Part shown: positions 1 to 7,601 of the stretch, one piece after another | How the letters are laid out: every line of letters starts with the position of its first letter | Position numbering within the stretch: the first letter of the stretch is position 1 | Source of the DNA: Octopus sinensis | Lineage: Eukaryota | Assembly (NCBI RefSeq): GCF_006345805.1 | Contig: NW_021827328.1 | Coordinates: forward strand, 1-10,809 | Length of the DNA stretch: 10,809 bases | Direction: 5' to 3' | Notes under the pieces: generated by a model | The model's input: the letters and a program-made list of their open reading frames with translations, nothing else | Database searches by the model: none | What the model was told of the DNA's origin: nothing | Position numbers and translations under genes: made by a program

Positions 1-119
1 TGCAGGATGACAGTCAGCCAAAAATTTCGCTCTCTTCTTTCACATCTTTGTGGGGTTAATAATCTTAATCTTTATTTACAGTTTCTCATTGAAACTACAT
101 AATTGACAGAATTGTCGGA

Positions 120-173
120 TTAAGACAGTAGGGTCTTTTGAAGGAGATTTGGCTGCTATTTCTGCCAGGTCTA
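120..173 (-). repeat. Fragment of a dispersed repeat (motif CAGAAATAGCAGCCAAATCTCC-TCAAA--ACCCTACTGTCTT)
   Basis: Minus strand reads CCTGGCAGAAATAGCAGCCAAATCTCCTTCAAAAGACCCTACTGTCTTAA. Degenerate pieces of the same motif occur on plus at 9680-9699 (TCCCTCAAATCACATCCCTA) and 10761-10780 (CTTGCTAGAAATAACAGACA). Family not identified. Confidence 0.4.
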
Positions 174-239
174 GCTACCATGTAGAGGTGTGAACATATG
201 CCAAACCGAAAACGATCACAGCCACATCATCCAAATAGA

Positions 240-266
240 CCGGGTGAAACCGGACTTAGCTGCTAG
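240..266 (+). mobile_element. Possible Helitron 3' terminus (hairpin + CTAG|T)
   Basis: CCGG-gtgaaa-CCGG hairpin (240-253), 9 nt spacer, CTAG (263-266), followed by T. This matches the established Helitron 3' end pattern, but the stem is only 4 bp and no 5' end was identified. Confidence 0.4.
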
Positions 267-298
267 TATATATATATATTATATATATATATATATAT
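267..298. repeat. (TA)n microsatellite, left flank of the LTR element
   Basis: Directly visible; continues on the other side of the element at 4526-4543. Confidence 0.95.
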
Positions 299-1461
299 TG
301 TTACGGAATCACCCGTCGTCTCCCGTCCCGAACGGCTCACACAAGTTCCGCCACGGAACCCAAAGAGGCGGAGAGAGGAGATACAGATAGATACTGCCAC
401 AACCTCAACTGCACAGAGATACAGAGGCACAACCCGAGATACAACCCAAAGAGGCAAGGCAACAACTGGCAACACTGGCTTATATTCAAACAACAGTTTA
501 TACGACAATTACAATTGTTACAACATCAAGATACATCAAAGCATGCACGTGACTACTCAATACATAATACAACAGCATTTCAAGAGTACAACTCAAAGCA
601 TAATACAACATTATGTAACAATTCAAGAGTACACGTCCAAGACAACATTCTTTAAAGTCTCTTCCCAAACATCACAATCAACAAGTCCTTTACTCTTCTT
701 CTTCACAATGTCCTTTTCGACTACTCGACAGAGTCCTTGACTGTTCTTTTCACCGTCCAATACACCGTGACACATATCAATGCACAAACACATACCTCAA
801 TTCCTAATTGAATCTGCCAGTGTCCCATTCCTCTCAATACTGCTAATTCCTCTGAATACTGCTAATTCTCTTCTGTGCCGCCAAGCTTTCTCGCATCCAA
901 CTTGCTCCTAAGAATTCCAACGCTTGCTCCTTAAATCCAAGGTCCGTCTGTCTTCTTCGAGGACCGGCCAGCGACTCCAAGATCCGTCTGTGTTCCTCGA
1001 CGACCGCTCAACGACTGCCCTTCTTGACGACCAACTACCAACCGCCAGAACCACACTTCCTTGTCCTCCTTCCACTCCCTCATCTCCCTCTGTACCGCTC
1101 ACACCCTCTCTAACTGCCCTGGTCCCTATACTCTATCTATATCCTCAATCTGTCCCTTACTGCTTATCCTTTCTATTTGCCCTCTGCTCTTACTCTATCG
1201 CTATCGCCTACTGTCCCTTACCCTCTCCTGACAGCTCTACTATAACTCTCTGCCTGTCCCTCTCTGCTGCCCCCTCATCCTCTCTCACGACATATTCAAG
1301 GGGTGTCCAGAGCGACCCCTAATTCACCCGCACAAAGTCACAGGTCATTCCAAAACCCATTAGTCCTCCATTAGACAAAAGACTGTCACATTTTCACCAG
1401 ACATGATGGTGCCATTATTCCTATGTGGGTCAGAAACACTGCACTAGTTAAACCCGTAACA
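299..1461 (-). repeat. 3' LTR (1163 bp)
   Basis: Starts TGTTACGG at 299, ends CCGTAACA at 1461. Aligns end to end with 3357-4524 with about 10 substitutions and about 12 small indels (manual count). Confidence 0.95.
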
Positions 1462-1474
1462 CTACCCCCTACCT
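1462..1474 (-). other. Polypurine tract (PPT)
   Basis: Minus strand AGGTAGGGGGTAG directly abuts the TG start of the 3' LTR. Confidence 0.85.
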
Positions 1475-1502
1475 AAGCTTTTGTCGACCCGACAAAAACA
1501 TA

Positions 1503-2273
1503 CTAAACTCGCACCTCCGAGCAGCAGACTCTCCAGGGGCTGGAGGTCCCCTTGGGTGGTTTCTCCTCCGGGGGTCTCACCTCCCACGGCCACCACTTCA
1601 GCACCAGCCACAGGTTGGCACCTTCCCTCTGCGGCTTGGGTAACACCTCCGCCAACGCCGCCAGGCTTCCTACTAGCCGCCCACAATAGGCGCACCGTCC
1701 GAGGAAGTTCCTCAAATCCCTCACACAGGAAGGGTCCGGCCAATCCTTCACAGTGGCCACCTTCCTCAGGGCTCTATAGCCCACGTAGCATCTCGCTGTG
1801 CCATCCCCATTCCGCGCAATTATCGCTGACGACCAGGGACCATTCTGTCCTTTCACTGCTCCCCGTCGCCGATATCTCCTCTTGCGCTGCTGTACTGGGG
1901 CCTTCCTCCGGCCTCGCTGCTTCCTCAAGCGACGACCGCCTTGGTCGACGAAACGTTCTGCCAGGTCCGTGCGACCAGCATCCAACAACCCTCGCGACCA
2001 ACGTCCTGCGCTCCTCAACTGCATCAGCGGACCACGATCTCCCTTAACTTCATCACTGCACCGGCAGAACTGACCCCGCCGCTGGTTTACCGTCCGGCGC
2101 AGTTCCACGATTTGCCCTCTGCAAATCCCCTGCGCAGCCTTCAATAACTCGGCCGACCCAACCAGCGCTCTGTCGGCCTCTGCCTCCACCAGGGTCCAGC
2201 CGACCCTCAATTGAGCTCTTACTCCGCACTGCAACCATCGAATACAGAGCTCCCCCAAGTGCCAACAAAGCAC
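1503..2273 (-). pseudogene. pol: Degenerate Gypsy pol remnant: pre-RT linker, RT N-terminus and RT-thumb/connection, catalytic core deleted
   Basis: DAGRTDLAERFVDQGG..RR resembles Gypsy D-GRT-LV-H-IDTGD..PIRQ..RR. GPWSSAIIARNGDGTARCYVGYRAL resembles [53 protein letters not shown] resembles VKDWP-P--V-ELRSFLGLC-YYRRFV. No YxDD, RNase H or integrase motifs. Confidence 0.85.
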
Positions 2274-2605
2274 CAGCGACTCCTTGCGGACCGCTTCCTC
2301 AACTGCATCCGTGGGCCACCACCTCCTTCAACTGCGTTGCCGTATCGGCAGAACTGGCCCCACCACTGGTTCGCCATCTGGCACGATTCCTCGATTTGCC
2401 TTCTGCAAATCGCCTGTGCCACTTCCAAAAGATCGGCCGACCCAGCCAGCGCTCCACCAGCTTCTGCTTCCACTAGGGTCCACCCGAGCCTCAATCGAGC
2501 TTTCACTAGGCACTGCCTGTCGGGCTCCACCGGCCCCAAGCAACCATCAACCACAAAGCTCACCCAACGCTGAAGCAGTCTTCCTGGTCTCAGTGGACCC
2601 ACCAC
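2013..2605. repeat. Diverged tandem duplication within the element (~284 and ~309 bp units)
   Basis: 2013-2230 aligns ungapped to 2297-2514 (50 mismatches in 218 nt, ~77%, manual count). After a 25-bp gap, GCAACCATC at 2231 matches 2540. Both copies encode GWTLVEAEA...GQFCR...MQLR. Confidence 0.9.
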
Positions 2606-2944
2606 CGTTCGCAGCCGTCTTGCCTCGTCAACGGGCTTGGTCCTTTTCCTCACCAGCCTCCGTACCGCAGGCCTCACAACACGCACGCTCGGCCGCCAGT
2701 CCATCCACGCCTGTGGCCTCTCCACAGTGGGAACCATACAGTCCTTCTGGGCCCCAAGAGACAGGGGTCCAGACACCAAAGGACCAGCACACGGCATAGC
2801 ACCTGCCGCGACCATCACACACAGAGCCGGAACCTCGGACTCAGCGACATTCGCCCCAGACCTCGCCAGCTCTTCGTCCTGAGCTCCGAGAGACAGGGGT
2901 CGAGATGCCAAGGGCCCCAGACACGGAACAACAGCATCAGCCAT
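2219..2944 (-). pseudogene. 241-aa ORF, probable degenerate Gypsy protease-to-RT linker region with internal repeats
   Basis: GCLGPVEP...RLGWTLV loosely resembles the G-VEP...L-VGRTLV spacer after the protease in Gypsy pol (recalled similarity). Continuous with the pol remnant if the 25-bp gap is restored. No D(T/S)G protease motif seen. Confidence 0.5.
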
Positions 2945-3017
2945 ACACCTTCAACAGGCCTTTCAGATTCCTTAACCTCTACGGATTCAAATCACAGAAG
3001 ATTTCTTGGGTACAGCG

Positions 3018-3296
3018 TCAAATTTCGGCAACCAGCCCAGGTTCCGCTTCTCTCGATGCTTCGTTCGACGGGCAATCTCTGCCCACAGGACCGTCGCTAT
3101 CCCCGGTCCAACACCGATCCTCCAAAGCTGACCCATCCGCAACCTCAAGCTCCCGCTGATCTGCCCACAGGCCCTGTCGCCTCTTGTCCATCCTTTCCAT
3201 GAACGCGTCCGTCTGTGCCATCTGGCCCCTTAACATCTCCACAATCAGGGCAAGCGAAATCTCCTCGTCTCCGGTCTGACAACCAGACAAATCCAT
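3018..3296 (-). pseudogene. Short first ORF after the PBS (MDLSGCQ..., 92 aa), probable truncated gag N-terminus
   Basis: First ATG about 40 nt downstream of the PBS. Helical-looking LIVEMLRGQMAQTDAFMERMDKRRQ segment. Assigned by position only; no capsid or zinc-knuckle motif seen. Confidence 0.4.
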
Positions 3297-3335
3297 AGCG
3301 AAAAAAAGAACCGATCGAAACGCAGAAATCAGGAC

Positions 3336-3354
3336 AATCCCACTTCTGACACCA
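3336..3354 (-). other. Primer binding site complementary to tRNA-Leu(CAA)-type 3' end
   Basis: Minus strand TGGTGTCAGAAGTGGGATT, 2 nt after the 5' LTR. The plus strand AATCCCACTTCTGACACCA equals the known 3' end, including CCA, of metazoan tRNA-Leu(CAA). Confidence 0.9.
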
Positions 3355-3356
3355 GT

Positions 3357-4524
3357 TGTTACGGAATCACCCGTCGTCGCCCGTCCCGAACGGCTCACAC
3401 AAGTTCCGCCACGGAACCCAAAGAGGCGGAGAGAGGAGATACAGATAGATACTGCCACAACCTCAACTGCACAGAGATACAGAGGAACAACCCGAGATAC
3501 AACCCAAAGAGGCAAGGCAACAACTGGCAACACTGGCTTATATTCAAACAACAGTTTATACGACAATTACAATTGTTACAACATCAAGATACATCAAAGC
3601 ATGCACGTGACTACTCAATACATAATACAACAGCATTTCAAGAGTACAACTCAAGCATAATACAACATCATGTAACAATTCAAGAGTACACGTCCCAAGA
3701 CAACAGTTCTTTAAAGTCCTCTTCCCAAACATCACAATCAACAAGTCCTTTACTCTTCTTCTGCACAATGTCCTTTATCGACCACATCGACAGAGTCCTT
3801 GACTGGTCTTTTCACCGTCAATCCAATACACCGTGACACATATCAATGCACAAACACATACCTCAATTCCTAATTGAATCTGCCAGTGTCCCATTCCTCT
3901 CAATACTGCTAATTCCTCTGAATACTGCTAATTCCCTTCTGTGCCGCCAAGCTTTCTCGCATCCAACTTGCTCCTAAGAATTCCAACGCTTGCTCCTTAA
4001 ATCCAAGGTCCGCCTGTCTTCTTCGAGGACCGGCCAGCGACTCCAAGATCCGTCTGTGTTCCTCGACGACCGCTCAACGACTGCCCTTCTTGACGACCAA
4101 CTACCAACCGCCAGAACCACACTTCCTTGTCCTCCTTCCACTCCCTCATCTCCCTCTGTACCGCTCACACCCTCTCTAACTGCCCTGGTCCCTATACTCT
4201 ATCTATATCCTCAATCTGTCCCTTACTGCTTATCCTTTCTATTTGCCCTCTGCTCTTACTCTATCGCTATCGCCTACTGTCCTTACCCTCTCCTGACAGC
4301 TCTACCATACTCTCTCTGCCTGTCCTCTCTGCCCCCTCATCCTCTCTCACGACATATTCAAGGGGTGTCCAGAGCGACCCCTAATTCACCCGCACAAGGT
4401 CACAGGTCATTCCAAAACCCATTAGTCCTCCATTAGACAAAAGACTGTCACATTTTCACCAGACATGATGGTGCCATTATTCCTATGTGGGTCAGAAACA
4501 CTGCAACTAGTTAAACCCGTAACA
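3357..4524 (-). repeat. 5' LTR (1168 bp)
   Basis: TGTTACGG at 3357, CCGTAACA ending at 4524; followed on the minus strand by the PBS. Confidence 0.95.
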
Positions 4525-4525
4525 T

Positions 4526-4543
4526 TATATATATATATATATA
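4526..4543. repeat. (TA)n microsatellite, right flank of the LTR element
   Basis: Directly visible. Confidence 0.9.
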
Positions 4544-4557
4544 CAAATATACTATTT

Positions 4558-5064
4558 ATATTATTTTATGATTGAACGCCAAGCATCCTCTTCCAAGTAA
4601 GTTTTATCTTAATAATTCTGATGCGCACTCTATACGATCATTTTACTCTTTTGTTTTTCTCTCTTTCTCTCTCTTATTTTTTTTACCTCCTCTTCTCCCA
4701 CTATTCTATCCAATTACCCTCTGTCACTCTCTCTAACTCACTCCTCCTCTCTTGCTCACGTGGATCCCACGTGACCATCAGCCATCTTTCTTTCTTCTCC
4801 TAACTTGTGTTTCTTTCTTTCCGTTGTAGCTGCACGAGGAAGACGTGTTCTTGGCTGTCTCCTGTCTAAACTTGATTTACGCGTTCGACACCACAATATC
4901 GTTTAGGCCTAGCAGTCCTTCCATGTACGCATGCTTCGTATTTATTTTGTTGTACATGTTTCGTGATGTCCTGTGACCACACATGCATATATATATACAT
5001 ACAGATGTAAGTATGTACATATACGTATGTATATATGCATACACACGCACACACACACACACAC

Positions 5065-5124
<60 letters not shown>

Positions 5125-5225
5125 GTATGTATGTATGCATGTATGTATGTATGTATATATGTATATATATTAATTATATTATCATGTGACTGAACACCTC
5201 GCATCCTCTTCCAAGTAAGTTTTAT
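4558..5225. repeat. ~50-bp direct repeat pair (4558-4607 and 5176-5225), 618 bp apart
   Basis: GCATCCTCTTCCAAGTAAGTTTTAT is identical at 4583-4607 and 5201-5225. TGAAC and ATATTAT upstream keep the same 618 offset. Confidence 0.85.
4984..5170. repeat. Compound (TA)n/(CA)n/(TATG)n microsatellite
   Basis: Directly visible. Confidence 0.95.
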
Positions 5226-5248
5226 ATATATAATATATATATTATATA

Positions 5249-5297
<49 letters not shown>
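5224..5297. repeat. Compound (TA)n/(GA)n/(GACA)n microsatellite
   Basis: Directly visible. Confidence 0.95.
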
Positions 5298-5419
5298 TTC
5301 AACGGGGGAGGGAGACGGGGAGAGATGCATGTGTTGTGTTGAGGAAACTTTTCTACTGCAGACTCCCTTCAATCTTGAAGACCAAATTCTATCAATATTG
5401 AGCTTCTGAAAAGCATATC

Positions 5420-5655
5420 CAAGCAAAATCCAAAGCAAACTGCGTGAGAATAAGCACATTACAATTCTAGTCATACTTCGATTATAAAACACATTCATGA
5501 ACGAGGAAAAACTGTCTAAACTTGGTCAGTGGGTTCCTCATCAGTTGACTGCATCTCAGTTTAATCAAACAGTTGCCCTCTGCTCGTCATCGAAGAGTAA
5601 ACTTGCTACCAAACCTTTCCTGGGTAGAATCGTCACAAGTAATGAAAAGTGGATT
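5420..5655 (+). pseudogene. Mariner-family transposase fragment
   Basis: SKLGQWVPHQLT (WVPHEL motif, 5530-5547) and PFLGRIVTSNEKWI (canonical PFLDRIVTGDEKW; first catalytic D is N here). Upstream part has stops; no TIR seen nearby. Confidence 0.85.
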
Positions 5656-6102
5656 GATATGACTGTCCAAATCGATATAAACGTATCTGTCAAGACCTAC
5701 CAAAAACTGAGCAAAAATAAAGATCTTGAAATAGAAATTAGCAAAATGTGGTACCTGAAGACTAAAACAATACCTGTTGTCATAGGTGCCCCATGAATAA
5801 TAGCAAAACGGGCTGATTGCCACCTAGCTCAGAAACCCCCAAAATGGCAGAAATTCAAAAGATACTGCTCATGGGAACTGCCCATATCCTACATAAAATA
5901 CTATCTATATAATCTCAAATTTTAAACAAACATAATTTTCTTATAGTTTCTTAAACATTCTCTAGAACAACACTATGTACAAAACCAAATATATGGCACC
6001 TTAGGCATAACACCAACATGAACCTCCAACTTGTTGTCTCTTGAGGTCTCTTGGTGAGACTTGGAGCCAACTTCTACAAATGCAGAGCAAAAGTCAAACA
6101 TA
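5653..6102 (+). mobile_element. 3' end of an R4-clade (Dong/Rex6-like) non-LTR retrotransposon: RLE C-terminus plus 3' UTR
   Basis: IDMTVQIDINVSVKTYQKLSKNKDLEIEISKMWYLKTKTIPVVIGA and, after a frameshift, MAEIQKILLMGTAHILHKILSI* (stop 5910-5912). These match the R4-clade pattern ID--VP...K--KY-DL-IEI-RMW...IPV-IGA-G...LQK--LLGTA-ILRK-L. About 190 bp UTR follows, then (TAA)n. Confidence 0.8.
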
Positions 6103-6223
<121 letters not shown>

Positions 6224-6437
6224 CCTTTCTACTGTAGGCACAAGGCCTGAAATTTTGAGACAGATATTAAATCGATTACTTCGACCCCAGCGCATAACTG
6301 ATACTTATTTAATCGACCCCGAAAGGATGAAAAGCAAAGTCGACCTCGGCGGAATTTGAACTCAGAACGTAACGGCAGGCGAAACACCGCTAAGCATTTC
6401 TCCCCGTGTGCTAACTATTCTGCCAGCTCGCTGCCTT
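6224..6437 (-). mobile_element. tRNA-derived SINE, monomer (family 1)
   Basis: Minus strand A-box-like TGGCAGAATAGT, B-box GAGTTCAAATTCC, central GTCGACTTTGCTTTTCATCCTTTCGGGGTCGATTAAATAAGTA (recalled resemblance to the Meta domain) and (ATT)n tail. Homologous copies at 6570-6967 and 9056-9252. Confidence 0.9.
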
Positions 6438-6532
6438 AAATAATAATGATAATAATAATAATAATAATATAAAATAATAATATAATACTAATAATAATAA
6501 TAATAATAATAATAGTAATAGTAATAATAATA

Positions 6533-6569
<37 letters not shown>
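6438..6569. repeat. (AAT)n microsatellite
   Basis: Directly visible. Confidence 0.95.
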
Positions 6570-6967
6570 CCTTTCTACTGTTGGCACAAGGCCTGAAATT
6601 TTGAGACAGATATTAATTCGATTACTTCGACCCCAGCGCATAACTGATACATATTTAATCGACCCCGAAAGGATGAAAAGCAAAGTCGACTTCGGCGGGA
6701 TTTGAACTCAGAATGTAGCAATGGGCGAAATACCTATTTCTTTACTACCCACAAGGGGCTAAACACAGAGAGGACAAACAAGGAAAGACAAACTGATTAA
6801 GTCGATTATATCGACCCCTCTGTGCAACTGGTACTTATTTAATCGACCCCGAAAGGATGAAAGGCAAAGTCGACCTCGGCGGAATTTGAATTCAGAACGT
6901 AGCGGCAGATGAAATACCGCTAAGTATTTCTCCCCATGTGCTAACTATTCTGCCAGCTCGCTGCCTT
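6570..6967 (-). mobile_element. Dimeric/composite SINE (family 1): full head + body + alternative tail (6735-6967) joined to headless body + tail (6570-6734)
   Basis: TCGACCCCGAAAGGATGAAA-GCAAAGTCGAC..GGCGG-ATTTGAA occurs twice. Only the 6735-6967 unit has the A-box end. The junction is GAAATACC|TATTTC at 6734/6735. Confidence 0.85.
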
Positions 6968-6977
6968 AAATAATAAC

Positions 6978-7062
<85 letters not shown>

Positions 7063-7250
7063 AATAATAATAACATGAACAGTAATACGAGTAATGATAA
7101 CACGAATAAACATCATAAATTATGACAACATGCCAAAAAAAAACATAAATAATGACAACATGAGAAAAAAACAGCAACACTAACAGCAATGACAACAATA
7201 ATATTAACATCTATAAAAGCAACACAAAAATAATAAACAAAATCAACATG
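6968..7250. repeat. (AAT)n, (GAT)n and decayed AAC/AAT low-complexity tract
   Basis: Directly visible. Confidence 0.9.
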
Positions 7251-7552
7251 AACAATTAATGGAACGACCTTAACTGTATTAAGTCTACAATATATTTCAT
7301 AGCAATTTTAATAATTATCACGTGTGAGCAACCAGTCAACGAACGCATGGGAAAATTCCGTTTTAAGATATTATGCCTTGACTAGATGAAGAAGACTTGT
7401 TAATAAAATAATCAAATAAAATGGCGAATGTTAGGCGGCGATGGAGAGGAAAGGGCACAGGAGTAGGTGACAGCAGAGAAGAGCCAAGGGAAAGAGGTAG
7501 AAGCTGAGCATGTGTTTTTGGTAGCAATAGCCAGTACGCAGCGTGTTTGTGC

Positions 7553-7554
<2 letters not shown>

Positions 7555-7601
<47 letters not shown>
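7555..7601. repeat. (TA)n microsatellite
   Basis: Directly visible; continues after the MITE at 7708-7739. Confidence 0.95.

Larger units (their letters stand above)
299..4524 (-). mobile_element. Non-autonomous, internally deleted Ty3/Gypsy LTR retrotransposon (4226 bp)
   Basis: Two near-identical direct LTRs (299-1461, 3357-4524), each TG...CA with 8-bp terminal inverted repeat TGTTACGG/CCGTAACA. PBS next to the right LTR and PPT next to the left LTR fix the minus orientation. Gypsy-type pol remnants lie inside. Confidence 0.95.

Noticed and set aside
543-1322. ORFs within the LTRs (543-740, 908-1102, 924-1322 and twins 3573-3836, 3974-4168, 3990-4436, 4127-4384)
   Set aside because: Low-complexity CT-rich sequence with no motifs, and frames differ between the two LTR copies.
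2013-2605. Duplicated unit as integrase-linked sequence upstream of RT (Gmr1-like domain order)
   Set aside because: No HHCC or DDE motif. It leads directly into the GRTDL pre-RT motif, which fits the ordinary protease-RT linker.
1481-3159. Plus-strand ORFs across the internal region as an antisense gene
   Set aside because: S/P/R-rich shadows of a GC-rich minus-strand coding remnant with no recognisable domain.
3336-3354. tRNA-Leu gene
   Set aside because: Only 19 nt including CCA, adjacent to the LTR; it is a PBS.
299-4524. The 1.16 kb duplication as a plain segmental duplication or assembly artefact
   Set aside because: Both copies end exactly at TG..CA inverted termini, with a PBS inside one and a PPT inside the other; that is LTR architecture.
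6224-6967. CRISPR-like array from the recurring TCGACCCC units
   Set aside because: The repeats are SINE bodies with Pol III boxes and microsatellite tails, not short repeats with unique regular spacers, and the context is eukaryotic.
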